Shown here in pieces: positions 13,940 to 26,567 of a DNA stretch of 64,000 bases. A program made the position numbers and the translations under genes. The stretch covers positions 167,276,001-167,340,000 of the forward strand of contig OX597815.1 of the NCBI GenBank assembly GCA_951406725.2, written 5' to 3'. The stretch is from Octopus vulgaris. Its lineage: Eukaryota. Within the stretch, counting starts at the first letter, position 1. The number at the start of each line of letters is the position of its first letter. Under the pieces are notes generated by a model. That model saw only the letters and a list, made by a program, of their open reading frames with translations. It was not told the origin of the DNA and ran no database searches.

Positions 13940-14280
13940 ACTTTCGATTAGATGATAGAACTTTATGGTGACGATACACCATCATACGACGTAGTCAAGC
14001 ACTGGCATCGCCAGCTGAAATGTGGTCGGACATCGGTGGAAGCTGCTCCTATTCCAGAACGAACACATTCCACCATTGATGACAACACCATCCATAAAGT
14101 GGAAGCCGCCATTTTGGAGAATCACCGCACACTATTAGGCAACTAGCCCAAGAAGTGAAAATAAGAGTAGGGACCGTGGAAAAAATCATTCACGACTATT
14201 TGCGCATCCGGATGTTGTCAGCATGATGGATTCCCCGGTTGTTCACACCTTTTCAGAAGCAGCAACGAGTCAATTGCTCG
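13940..14280 (+). mobile_element. Mariner-type transposase N-terminal fragment
   Basis: MIELYGDDTPSYDVVKHWHRQLKCGRTSV..TIRQLAQEVKI..WIPRLFT, including a WVPxxL-like motif. Confidence 0.8.
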
Positions 14281-14369
14281 TTTTCTAGGCTTTTTTGGTA
14301 ATAGAGAATGGCATGCCAGCACGTACCATGTATTTCCTCACTACTCTTCGTAACTTTTTAATCAAGAGT

Positions 14370-14710
14370 TGCTGAAACCCCCTTCGGTCATGACTGACCA
14401 TGGGATTGCACCTAGAAAATTACTCTCCCAGGCACAAGTTCGGGCAAGGTTGTTTATGGAAGACCAGCAGTCGCCCATGCATACCGGCTTCCCCTCTCTA
14501 CGCCACTAGTGTTATCCAAGGGAAAGGCAAAGGCCGATACAGCTTGGCACCTGTGACGTCGCAACTCATTTCTACAGCTGAGGGAACTGGAGCAACGTGA
14601 AATAAAGTGTCTTGTTCAAGAACACAGCACGCAGCGTGGTCTGGGATTCGAACACACAACCTCACGATCATAAGCTCGACGCTCTAACCACTGAGGCACG
14701 CGCCTTCACT
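14370..14710 (-). mobile_element. tRNA-derived SINE family B, near full length
   Basis: Contains cccccttcggtcatgactgacc..ggcaaggttgtttatggaagacc..gaaataaagtgtcttg..ggattcgaac..ctctaaccactgag. Copies also occur at 23.2, 37.0 and 58.4 kb. Confidence 0.85.
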
Positions 14711-15041
14711 AATCAGGAGTAGACATACAATATACGCCCACCCGATTCTTTTCTAGCTGCCCTACCGGGGTGCCTAAAGTGTGATAGACGGTGGAAGTGA
14801 TGAGAACATCAGCAGTAAGATGCTACTAATTTTAGGGAAGGTGTAATGGACAACATGAAATGAAAAACATTGCTTAAGGACACAATGCCTAACACGTTTC
14901 CAGGATAGCAACAACCTGTTTACGAACGTGTTTCCCTGAAACTAACGACGAGATCGGTATGTTAGCATGTGGCTTAGTACTGAGAATATTATGCTTTTGG
15001 AAGTAATCATATACTTGCATGTTATGTGTATATATATATAT

Positions 15042-16099
15042 CGTATTCTGTATTTTTGTTCGTGTACTTCGTTCGTTTTCCGTCCTCGTGTTGTATACAT
15101 TCGAAGCTTTCTTCCAGGGGATCTAATGCACTTGGCTTAGATTTCCCTTGGCGGGCTGCCCATATCGGAGCAATCTCAAGATTAATCAGCCGAAATTGCT
15201 AAGATGATCTGGTTCTTGACTGATGACTGAGGGCTTCGAATGTCCCGTCCTGTGGTTCTTGTGTCGTCTCTGTGGCGTTTCATGTTCTTGTCCATGTCTG
15301 TAATTATTTTTACTGTTTACCTATATAATCGGCGGCTACGTATCCACAATTGTCCTTATACGATAAGTATATTTTTTCTCAAGCATTGATACGACTCTTA
15401 ATCTTTCTTTCTCTCTCTCTCTCTCCTCCCTTATTCCCCCTCCTTTCTTTCCCTCTCCATCCGTCTTCCCCCCCTTCTACGTTTCTCTATCTCTCTCACC
15501 TCCAGCCCCCTCGATCTGTCTCTTCCTTCTCCTCCCTCGTCCACCTTCTCTCTCTTTTCATCTGTCCCTTTCTCTTGTCTTTTGTTCTCACGTGACCGCT
15601 AGCCGCTGTTGAGCGCTCTTTTCGTTCCAGCAGCCTCTGAAGCAACACGTATTTGTTCGTCTCCCTGTGGCCATTAGGCACAACTTCATAAGCCAGCCCC
15701 ATACTCAATTCGTCCTGTCGAAAGACCCTTGTCCTACGTCCTGGTTTTGTTTTGTTGTTTATTTTTTATACTTTATTTTTACCGTTATTGTTTTTACGTT
15801 TTTGTATTCTTATTGTTGTCACGTATTCTGTATTTTTGTTCGTGTACTTCGTTCGTTTTCCGTCCTCGTGTTGTATACATTCGAAGCTTTCTTCCAGGGG
15901 ATCTAATGCACTTGGCTTAGATTTCCCTTGGCGGGCTGCCCATATCGGAGCAATCTCAAGATTAATCAGCCGAAATTGCTAAGATGATCTGGTTCTTGAC
16001 TGATGACTGAGGGCTTCGAATGTCCCGTCCTGTGGTTCTTGTGTCGTCTCTGTGGCGTTTCATGTTCTTGTCCATGTCTGTAATTATTTTTACTGTTTA

Positions 16100-16107
<8 letters not shown>
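15042..16107 (+). mobile_element. Partial-tandem element with an identical 286-bp direct repeat (15042-15327 = 15822-16107), PLE pLTR-like
   Basis: The two copies read identical at a 780-bp offset and are flanked by (TA)n. A diverged relative lies on the minus strand at ~62193-62455. The PLE assignment rests on architecture only. Confidence 0.6.
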
Positions 16108-16139
<32 letters not shown>

Positions 16140-16186
16140 CACATATATACATATATATATACACATACACATATATATATATATAC

Positions 16187-16221
<35 letters not shown>

Positions 16222-16224
<3 letters not shown>

Positions 16225-16570
16225 CCTTAAATCCTTAAAAATGCTTCAGCCCGAAGGCTGTGGTCATGCTGGGGCACCACCGTTGAATGAGCTACGTGAA
16301 ACCACCTCTGATACGTGGCATTTGATCAACATCTGTGTTTCCTGCCTAGAGGTAGGTTCATCTGAAACCCCCGACAAGAAGAGATTCAGTTTAGTTTTAA
16401 AGAAACCCACATCCACACTATGCAGGTCTCTCACGCATTTAGCAAGGATATTGAAGAGCTGTGGTCCTCTGAAACCCAAGCTGTTGCAGTATCTGGTCCT
16501 TATTTTGACGGTGATGTTGGGATCTTTGGCACCATGCAGTGGCGCCCCGTTCTGCGGTTGTGGTAATATA
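16222..16570 (-). mobile_element. CR1/L2-group LINE 3' end
   Basis: Translation reads [43 protein letters not shown], followed by a 3' UTR (ggtgccccagcatgaccacagcc..gctgaagc) and ttaaggat x2. Confidence 0.75.
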
Positions 16571-17499
16571 TATATACAGGAGAACTTCGGTTTTTTAACA
16601 ACTAACTCTGATCACGAATAAATCGTACTTTATCTCTTGTCTTTCTCATATTCATTTAATACAGTAGTACTTCGATTTATGAAGGCCTCGTTTTTTTATT
16701 ACCCACAAGGGGCTAAATATAAAGGTTTATACAGCACAGAAGACAATACAAAACATAAAATCGGGGAAATAAAAATACAAAAAGGAAATCGAGCAAAGAA
16801 GAAAAAATAAAAGAAACGAATAAAATTATGAATAATGATAAAATGAGGCGCAATGCCCACTCGAACCCCAAAGCCGAGTGGTTACATTTACACATGATTT
16901 TGGACAGTTTTTCCTCTTTTTTTTTTCTTTTGAAAACAAAAAATTCATATTTTCGTCATCATTTTTTTTTTTTTTCTTTATACTGTTCATAATTACTTCT
17001 CCATTCTTCTTGATTCCTCATATTCCACTACGGACAGCAGAGTGTTACACACAACCACAGCCCGTCTATCATACTCACCAATTTATGCTTCCATAAATCC
17101 TTCATATCTTTCTTCATTTACCAGAATTCCTCAATCATTTTCGTTAAATTTCTCTCTGGGCAGCTTCATCCTCACCAGTCCTTTCAACTTTGATACTCTT
17201 CTTTCCAACTCCACACTCTGTTCGTAGACTATCAAGAATCTTTTATGACTCCTTTCTTTTTCTCTTATTCGTTTAGTTATGATTTGGTACCATGCATATA
17301 CATATCGGTTTAGCCAAAAATGTCCCTCCATTCGATTCATGTCAACACTAGATTTCAATAGCCAAGCATTCTAATAAGTAGCTAAATTCAGTCTATTCCT
17401 TGCGCATAATCACTCGTTAGATACTTGACGTTTGAATGTTGTTCGGTGGGAACTTGCATGAAGCAGGTTGTATTTTGTGTGCTTGGGATCATCCTGAAC

Positions 17500-18040
17500 A
17501 TGGAGAACTAAAACAAACATCATCATCACCAGGTTTTCTTCATTTTTAAAAAGGCAAGAAAGCGGCAGGAACCTGTACTAAAATATGTGCTGTGTACAGC
17601 ACATATTCTATATTCCCTAACAGGATGCTGTTACGGAACGTGTGTGCCAGAAGCGGTTTTCGAGATTTCAATCGGGAAATTTCCCAGTTCGAGATGCACC
17701 TTACTCTGGCTGGCCAAGTGAGATTAATAGCAACAAAATGACGGCGTTAGATTTTTTCCACGGTCCGTACACTTATAACCAATCATTGTTATACGACCAG
17801 GATGGCTGCAGATAACACCCACATATCAAAATCGAGTGAAAAACAAACCATTTGAATGAAATAGGTTACGTCATCATACTCGATGTTTGGGTCCTATATC
17901 AATTGAAAACGATATTTTTTTTAGGACAATGGTAACTGAGCTCGAAAAAGGGATCGTCTATAATAATGTGAGGTGCAAACGGTCATCGGAGAAGTGCAGC
18001 AAACAACCACAAAAACCTACAGAACACGACCTCATTCACT
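17500..18040 (+). mobile_element. Decayed mariner transposase
   Basis: KICAVY..DAVTERVCQKRFSRFQSGNF..DAPYSGWP..DVWVLYQL..MVTELEKGIVYNNVRCKRS, with relics of WVPHEL and TGDEKW. Confidence 0.75.
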
Positions 18041-18168
18041 AAATTCCACATACCAGAGTAGGTTTCAAATAATGGTGTAGCACAGTCAACAGTGGTGCCT
18101 CAGCATGACCGCAGCTTTGAAACTGAAGCAATTTAAAGATTTGAAGATATATAAATAAATACATGCAT

Positions 18169-18224
<56 letters not shown>

Positions 18225-18384
18225 CACGAAATAGGAGTAATAAATAGTCCGACAAGTTATGGGGAATTATCTTCTTTTGATATTTTGACCTGAACTTTTT
18301 TCTGGTGTATTTACGCAATTTTCACTCGTTGATAACGTCCTGTACACAATGTGTATTTTTCATTTTATATATGAAAAATTTTTC

Positions 18385-18479
<95 letters not shown>

Positions 18480-18492
18480 TTTCAAATATTAG

Positions 18493-18540
<48 letters not shown>

Positions 18541-18541
<1 letters not shown>

Positions 18542-18731
18542 TTTCAAATCTTAGCAGAAGGCAACCAATTTCGGAGTCCGAACCCAGTGCTCAACTGGTA
18601 CTTATTTCATCGAACCCGAGGGGATGACTAAGAAAGTTGACTTGAGCGTCATTTCTACTCAGAATGTAAAGACGGACGAAAAGTGGTTAAGCATTTTGTA
18701 GGGTATGCCAGCGTTTCAGTCAGCTCGCCGC
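18541..18731 (-). mobile_element. SINE family A
   Basis: Contains cccagtgctcaactggtacttattt..actcagaatgtaaagacggacgaaa..cagctcgccgc. Confidence 0.75.
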
Positions 18732-18982
18732 ATTATATATACATACAAATATTAATGCTTGGTTTTATGTCTAAGTTATGAGAAAAACACTTACGTTAAA
18801 CTGAACAATTAATCAATACTTGACTTAGAATTTGAACAGTAACTGCCACATCGCACTGTCCCTGTAACCACTCGAAACACTGACATTTCATAGGGCACTC
18901 TCCGATGAAAGGTAGCAGCCAGAAACATCGAAGTCACTACCCATCACTCTTCTTGTAAAACACACACACACACACACACATA

Positions 18983-19117
<135 letters not shown>

Positions 19118-19287
19118 CGTTAGCCACTAGACACATTTTTTCTCTCCTTGCTTATTCTGTGTCCCTTTCTGTAGAAGAGCGTAGGCACGAAACGTAAAAT
19201 ACTTTTTCTATTCCTGAGCGTTATACTAATACATCTGTTTGTTTTGTACACCACCTGTCTTCGACTTTTGTTTTTCTCGTGAAATCT

Positions 19288-19290
<3 letters not shown>
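19118..19290 (+). mobile_element. PLE-type terminal fragment with HHR-like motif (variant core CUGUAGA)
   Basis: TTT-CTGTAGA-A-GAGC-gtag-GCAC-GAAAC-GTA-AAA at ~19166-19199. It is nearly identical to 23080-23213 and ends in (TA)n. Confidence 0.55.
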
Positions 19291-19353
<63 letters not shown>

Positions 19354-19817
19354 GAGAGGGATGGAGCAGGCTTTATTGCAATGTTTTCAGTGCATCATTA
19401 CCAGCTATAAATTCAGGAATGTTTTGTATATCATTGCGCGATATTGCTATAAACACGTGCATCTCGGGTGACTATGGTCAACGCACTGTTATCTCATCTG
19501 CCGTCTACGTGTGGATGTGGAGCGGGCGGATTCCCTAACCCAGTACTGCATTACAAACGTTTCATTACGTCTCAATAATATTAACGCTACAGCAAAAAGT
19601 TCACGTATTAAGTGTCATATAATTTAAAAGAAGGTACTGAGGTCGATCTTCGCGTGAGCTCAACAACATGATCGCTAAGTTCCACACACAATTAAACAGT
19701 ACATACACACAAACACGCATACACACACACATAGTACAAAGAGACAGAGATGCAGGCAGACTCACAGATAAATATATACAATTATACATATATCCATACA
19801 TGCATGTATGCATACAA

Positions 19818-19867
<50 letters not shown>

Positions 19868-20122
19868 GTATATACATACATATTTATATATACATATATA
19901 TATATATGTATACATGCATAAAAGAATACAAGCACTACAAACGCATACACTCATATGGACATATTTGTGTGAGTACAAGTGTGTGTGTGTTGAAGGGGTG
20001 TATGTAGTTATGCTTTGGGTGTGTATAAGGCGCTGCTACTCAAATTTTTCACAAGTTTCCAACAACGTACTCTGTTTATGATAGGACTATAGATTAATTT
20101 TGCATGATGAAATATGTGTGCA

Positions 20123-20129
<7 letters not shown>

Positions 20130-20185
<56 letters not shown>

Positions 20186-20351
20186 GAACATACCTATATA
20201 CATATATATATATGTACAAACTTATATACATATATGTATATTCATATATATATCTATATCTATCTATATATATATATATATATACCTATATACATATATT
20301 CATATATATATATATATTCATATATAGATATATATATATACATACATATAT

Positions 20352-20419
<68 letters not shown>

Positions 20420-20901
20420 ATATGCATATATATACATATATATATATAAATGAATATATATATAAATATATACATATATATCTATACATATACATATATA
20501 TATATACATATACATATATATACATATATATATATATACATAAATATTTATATACATATATATATATATGTGTATGTATGTATGTCTATATGTACATATG
20601 TATGTACGTATGTATGTACGAATGTATGTATATATGTACGTACGTACGTACGTATGTATGTATGTATGTATGTATGTATGTATGTATGTATGTATGTATG
20701 TATGTATGTATGTATGTATGTACGTGTGTATGTATATGAAATATACTACTTTATTTTGAGTTTGCCAAATATAATACAGACTGGAGTTGTAGTGCTCCAA
20801 GTGAGCTATATTCCGTTTAATAATATGAATGGATACAATGCAAGCTGAAGGAAGAGGAACATAATTAGATATATATATATATAAATCAGATATATATACA
20901 C

Positions 20902-20975
<74 letters not shown>
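20130..20975. repeat. Long (TA)n/(TATG)n compound microsatellite
   Basis: Directly visible simple repeats. Confidence 0.95.
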
Positions 20976-21443
20976 TTCTACATTTTTAAAACAGATATAA
21001 TAATTCCAAATATATAAATATAAAATACTTATAAATAGATAAATATCTATATGATACATACGACACGGTGAATTTTTGATTTAAAGGTTATAATACGTTG
21101 GTATAATAAAAATTTGGGATGGTAAAACATTAGAAGAACGTACTAAAACACCACGAAAATATTTTCAATATTTTAAAATTCCGTCTACAGGCCGTTTCAG
21201 AGACGCGACAATTAATATGATATATTTCATATGTTTAAAACTGACAAAAAAAAAAAATGCAGAAATACAATTATACATTTACATTACCGCCTCTCGAGAA
21301 AAAACCCATAGCATACACAAATACACACACACATATATATACATATATTTGATTTTGAGTGTTGTTATTAATCATTTTCCTCTAGTTTCCGCACGCATTG
21401 CATCCATTCAGATTATCATTCGGTACGTATATATATATATATG

Positions 21444-21571
<128 letters not shown>

Positions 21572-21624
21572 CATGCATATATACATATATATCTATATGT
21601 ATATACGCATATATAGATATATGC

Positions 21625-21655
<31 letters not shown>

Positions 21656-21789
21656 AGAAAATAGTAAAGTGTGAAAAAACGACAGAAGGCTTAAATGTTA
21701 AAAGATATATATATTTGTGTCAAAATGTCTGGAGAATATTGGAAAAATTTTTTTCCTTTCCTTAAAATGACATAATTTTTAAATTTTTA

Positions 21790-21829
21790 AAGAAATTACC
21801 GGTTTCGCGTGTAGCTTTTCAAATTTCTT
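21790..21829 (-). ncRNA. Minimal hammerhead ribozyme with U3-A8 core variant
   Basis: Minus strand: AAGAAAT-TTGAAAA-GC-tacac-GC-GAAAC-CG-GTA-ATTTCTT. Stem I is 7 bp and helix III is the palindrome ACCGGT. It lies ~135 nt 3' of the GIY-YIG stop. Confidence 0.75.
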
Positions 21830-21964
21830 GTGACGTTATGTTTATATTGCATGGATTTATCGTTGTTTTTATTTCCAGGAGATTTCTAAATAAGGGGAGG
21901 TAGTGAGTGATTTTTTCCGGTGTAGGGGAGATAATCGCTTAAAAATTTTTTTCCCATTTCGTTG

Positions 21965-22357
21965 TTAATTTCTCTGTGTCAGTATGTTCGGATGGTTGAG
22001 TCTGGGTTTGTACTTTTCAATGAAGAATGTTTCCTTGTTCAGTCTCATTTGTGTTGATGATCCGAAAGCACATTGGTAAAATGGGAAGATTAAAAATTGT
22101 GGCAGTAGTTGCTTTGCGCATTTCTCAATGTGCTCACTAAAAGGTATCATTCTATATTCTGGGAATGCAATCTGTTGTCGATGCAGTGTGCATCTGCGCC
22201 TGAGTGATAGTCCCGTGGAACCCACGTAGTCTTGGTGGCAGCCCGAGCATTTAATAACATAAATTATGTTTTCAGAGGCACAAGTAAAGTTAGATTTGAT
22301 CTTAAATTTCTGTCCTTCTTTAAAGAAGAATTCTGATCCTTCCAATAGGTTAGGACC
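21965..22357 (-). mobile_element. Penelope-like (Neptune-type) GIY-YIG endonuclease C-terminus, open to the stop codon
   Basis: KSNFTCASENIIYVIKCSGCHQDYVGSTGLSLRRRCTLHRQQI..SEHIEKC..RLNKETFFIEKYKPRLN contains IIY-CxxC-YVG, R, H, E and LN motifs. Confidence 0.9.
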
Positions 22358-22487
22358 TATTTTGAAGCCTAGTGAGGCTGATTAGCCCGGTTTCCCGGTT
22401 TCAATGGCGTAAGTGTTCCCCAGCAAGACGGGACGCCAATCCATCGCAGCGTTACTCATTTTTGCCATATATGATATACATAATATG

Positions 22488-22527
<40 letters not shown>

Positions 22528-22887
22528 ATACATTTGCATATATTATATATATATTATTGCGTTTCTCATTATTCGCTTTATAATGGAAATTACCTTGACT
22601 ATAAATGAGTTCTACATTTTTATTTAAGTTCAAGTTCTTTTGTTCCTAGATATTAGGTCGGCAATAGCTGTACTGGTGATGTCTATTGAAACAGAAACAC
22701 GTGTGCCAGCCTTAGGGAAATCCTTCAATCTTGAAATTATCTCCCTTTCTTATGTGGAGCTTGTATCAGTAAGTATTTGGTAGTTATATCTGCTACAGGA
22801 TGGGAGAATGTTAGTAAATCCAGAATTTATATTCTGTGGTATTTGATATAAACGTACCTATGCATTCGTATATATATATCTGTGAGC

Positions 22888-22929
<42 letters not shown>

Positions 22930-23079
22930 ATATATACTTACATTTACATACACACACTCACGCACACACACATACCAAAAGCCAATCGCTTAAGATAACA
23001 TAGGTGGCGTCTCAACATGGTGATAACATAGGTGGCGTCTCAACATGGCTACAGCTTTTGGACTGAAACGCATAAAAGA

Positions 23080-23210
23080 ATGTGTCCCTTTCTGTAGAAG
23101 AGCGTACGCTCGAAACGTAAAATACTTTTTCTATTCCTGAGCGTTATACTAATACATCTGTTTGTCTAGTACACCACCTGTCTTCGTCTTTTGCTTTTTT
23201 CGTAAACTCT

Positions 23211-23213
<3 letters not shown>
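23080..23213 (+). mobile_element. PLE-type terminal fragment with HHR-like motif (second copy)
   Basis: TTT-CTGTAGA-A-GAGCG-ta-CGCTC-GAAAC-GTA-AAA at ~23089-23122, followed by (TA)n. Confidence 0.55.
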
Positions 23214-23243
<30 letters not shown>

Positions 23244-23246
<3 letters not shown>

Positions 23247-23575
23247 CCCTTCGTTCATGATCAACCATGGGTTTGCGTCTCGAAAGTCCCCTCTTTCCGA
23301 AACAGAAATCCAGGCAAAGCTGGTTATGGAAGATCAGCAGTAGCTTATGCATACCAGTCTCGCCTATCTACACCATCGATGTTATTGAAAAGAAAGGTAA
23401 AAGCCAATAAACTTGGCACTAGTGACGTCGCAATTCATTTCTACAAATGAGTGAACTGGAGCAATGCGAACAAAGTGTCTTACTAAAAGACACCACACAC
23501 ATCTCGGTCCGCGAATGGAACTCACTACCTCATGAGTGTGAGCCCGATACTCTATATGCACTGAGCCATGTACTT
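23244..23575 (-). mobile_element. SINE family B (diverged)
   Basis: Contains cccttcgttcatgatcaaccatggg..tatggaagatcagcag..gtgacgtcgcaattcatttctac..ctgagccatg. Confidence 0.8.
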
Positions 23576-23699
23576 TGACATTTTACATATATACATCCAT
23601 ACAGACATACATATAGTCGACAAAATCAAAAACAATGTCCGAAACTAAAAATATATAATGGAACTATTTACCCATCGCACCCTTAATATATATATATAT

Positions 23700-24333
23700 A
23701 TAACTAATGTACGATGGCCAGCATATCAAAAAATACCTTTAAAGGTTAAATTTATAAATAATTTACAAAATTAGGGCGAAAGAATAATTCTAAAGACAAA
23801 AATTGTCAATAACCATTATAATTTATGCGTCTCGAAACAAACCGATAGAAATTTCTAAAAAATCCGTTATTACCGTATTGGTCCGAATTTCGGGGTTAAT
23901 TCATAAGAATTTTCCCTTCTTCAGCGATAAATACGTGAGATATAAGTGAAATACTTACTCATACCCATGGAAAAAGCAAGCACTAATTCCTGAGCAGACC
24001 TAAGTACCCCAAATATATCCAAAATAGAAAAATCTTCGGCTCATCTCGAGACACGTGTGATTCGAACTAGAAACTTTCACAGAGTGAGAGAATCCGGAAG
24101 TGAACACTAATCAATTTATAACTAATGTAGGATGAAAATTTTTTCGGGAAAAAATTTTTATCAATGGCCAGCATATCAAAAAATACCTTTAAAGGTTAAA
24201 TTTATAAATAATTTACAAAATTAGGGCGAAAGAAAAATTCTAATACCAAATATGCGGAAAAAAGACAATTTTTTGTCTTTTTTTCGGCATATCTGGCATT
24301 AGAATTTTTCTTTCGCCCTAATTTTGTAAATTA
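23700..24333 (-). mobile_element. PLE-type terminal region with direct (23714-23793 / 24164-24243) and inverted (~24299-24334) duplications
   Basis: atggccagcatatcaaaaaatacc..attagggcgaaaga occurs twice and its partial reverse complement once. The region is (TA)n-flanked and contains an HHR. Confidence 0.65.
23870..23930 (-). ncRNA. Type I hammerhead ribozyme motif
   Basis: Minus strand: TTATCG-CTGAAGA-A-GGG..CCC-GAAA-TT-cggacc-AA-TA-CGGTAA, with an AUA cleavage triplet. Confidence 0.7.
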
Positions 24334-24679
24334 TATATATATATATATACACTCATACATACACAAATACTCAAATACATATATACATACATTACATATG
24401 TACGTATATATATATGATGGTTATCTCCACCTTATGCAGAGTGTGACCACCTCTTGTACATACTCCTTAGATCAATCATGGCGTCTGATGTGGCTTTTTA
24501 AATCAGACAATGTATTGAAAACACACCAACAAAAATTGCATATCTGATTTGGATCAATTAAGTCCTGCAATTAAATCCTGATTTCTGAGGATCTTAAAAT
24601 TTCCTTTCAGTTCTCCGTTAAATTTACAGAACTTATAGCATACATGGCATCGAAAGGTGTGCAAAGCTATATAGGCAGG

Positions 24680-24714
<35 letters not shown>

Positions 24715-25223
24715 CTAGCAGCATAGCCCGGCATTGCGCGGGTATGTAAGAGCCCCTGGAGCAGACATGATGCTCACTGTGAATTTTAAAAAAAATCCTG
24801 CCAATTTGTGAAAGATATTGTCGAAAATATGTCATCTTGAATTTGAACGCGATTTCCCAAAATGGCATGATTTTATCGATTTTTTCTGATGGTAAGGTAT
24901 TGCATGGAAAACTAACGTCAGAATTAAGCTTCTTAGGGTAACATTAAGCTTCACCATGAGTTTGGTCAGAATCGATTGCAAGTTGCGAAAACTACAACAG
25001 AAAATGTGTTGCAAATAAAAAGCTTAGATTATCGACCCCATGTCGAATTTATCGATTTTTTTCAGAACTGGGGGAACTTTTCAAAATTTTTGCTGCGTTA
25101 GTTTTGAATTATGACATTGGGCTATGTGTGTGTCAAGTTTCATCAGAATCGGTTAAAAGCCATGGCCAGGGTGAGGGTACAACCTGACAGACACACAGAT
25201 ACACAGACAGACAAACTGCCGTT

Positions 25224-25230
<7 letters not shown>
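24715..25230 (-). mobile_element. Non-autonomous Helitron
   Basis: a|ctag at 24715 is followed by the hairpin cccggc-att-gcgcggg, a Helitron 3' end on the minus strand. The other end reads acagacagacaaactgccgtttatata, and a similar end occurs reversed at ~35895. Confidence 0.7.
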
Positions 25231-25256
<26 letters not shown>

Positions 25257-25310
25257 ATATGAATAAATGAAAGAATGGAGTCGAACGAAGATGTTAACAA
25301 AATTCCTTTA

Positions 25311-25392
25311 CTTTTGACACATATTTCGAAGACAGCATGTTCTCATTCCAAAGGAATAAAGGGTGCATTATGCAATCTTCTCATCAGGAAAG
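25311..25392 (-). ncRNA. Type I hammerhead ribozyme motif
   Basis: Minus strand: CTTTC-CTGATGA-GAAGA..TCTTC-GAAA-TATGT-GTC-AAAAG. Helix II is a perfect 5 bp, the triplet is GUC and stem I has one mismatch. Confidence 0.65.
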
Positions 25393-25506
25393 AAAGGGAG
25401 CCTCTCTCGACAACAAGACAAACAAAAATTTCGATGATAGCCTACATGGTAAACAAAGCGATAATGAGTGTTTCTTTAAAAAAACCGTTAGAAGAATTGA
25501 TGCTAA

Positions 25507-25538
<32 letters not shown>

Positions 25539-25550
25539 ACAACATATTTA

Positions 25551-26199
25551 CAGGGTGAAATGGGTAAATTGTCGCCATTTTATTTTTTTAATTTCGAGCA
25601 TGCGCATTACTTTTTTTTTGTTTTTGTCCACTACACAGTATAGTGTAGTCAATTGATCAATAGTGATGGCGACATTATGCCTCCATTCATCTTCCCACAG
25701 GGCCTAACATTCTACGTCAAGTACCTGGAGGTGATAGTGCTGCCTTGGGTCAAGAGAGTGGCTGCAGGAAGGCCTAATACTTGGCAACAGGACTCTGCTC
25801 CATGCCACACAAGCAGATCTCAGTCACGGCTATCAGACAATTTCTGCGATCACATCACCCCTAACATCGGGCCACTTAACTTTGCTTGATTATTACGTGT
25901 GGGGTGCAGTTGAGCGCTAGACCAAAAAAATTCCTTGTAACCCCAAAGATGAACTAAAGACATGGATTATAGCAACATTCACCAACTTAAACAAGTATAC
26001 TGTCCAGAAAAGTTGCAGGAGATTCCGAAGTCGTCAGGAGGTTCTGGTTGAAATTAATGCCGAGTTTATTGAATAAATTTACTCCTTAGTATTTCAAAAT
26101 ATTTTGATGTAATTTTGGTAAATATATCTGTTAAAACGAAATGTCAGTGTTATTTTCATTTCTGCGTAATATAGACGACAGTTTATTCACCTCACCTTC
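25551..26199 (+). mobile_element. Internally deleted Tc1/mariner-superfamily (maT/DD37D-like) transposon
   Basis: Degenerate TIRs ta|cagggtgaaatgggtaaattgtcg and cgacagtttattcacctcacc. Coding relic: SDGDIMPPFIFPQGL..VLPWVKRVAAGRPNTWQQDSAPCHTSR..DYYVWGAVE. Confidence 0.85.
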
Positions 26200-26316
26200 T
26201 CTGTGTGTGCGTGTTTGTGTGTGTGTGTGTGTGTGTGTGAATTCAAAATGATAACTAGCATATTTATTCTTAATGCGTTCTGGCAGATTCGAGCGCGAAT
26301 ATTATGATCTCTATTA

Positions 26317-26567
26317 TGTTCGACACAAGATAATAGTTTCCCGTCTCCTTTACAAAGAATATGTGTTCATAACACACTCGATTCATCGGTAGAAAATATT
26401 CTGTAACACTGGTGTTTCAATCATGGAAGAGTAATCGGTCCGGGTTTCTCTGACTAACGAGACCCCATACATCGAAACATCAGTGTCTCAAAATCCTTTG
26501 TACCAATGAATTGTGTTATGAGCGCACACTTGTAAAGGAGAAGGTAGCTGTTCTCTTGCGTCGAACA
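26317..26567. mobile_element. Degenerate fold-back / MITE-like element (~100-bp inverted arms)
   Basis: tgttcgacacaaga..tctcctttacaa..cataacaca..acactggtgtttc pairs with gaaacatcagtgt..tgtgttatg..ttgtaaaggaga..tcttgcgtcgaaca. Confidence 0.7.

Noticed and set aside
15165-15245. CTGATGA near GAAA in the 286-bp repeat as a hammerhead
   Set aside because: The order and stems do not give a convincing fold, and CTGATGA is not conserved in the 62.2 kb relative (ctgaaaa).
16860-17360. Possible L1/Tx1-like LINE 3' relic on the minus strand
   Set aside because: It is too degraded to assign motifs.
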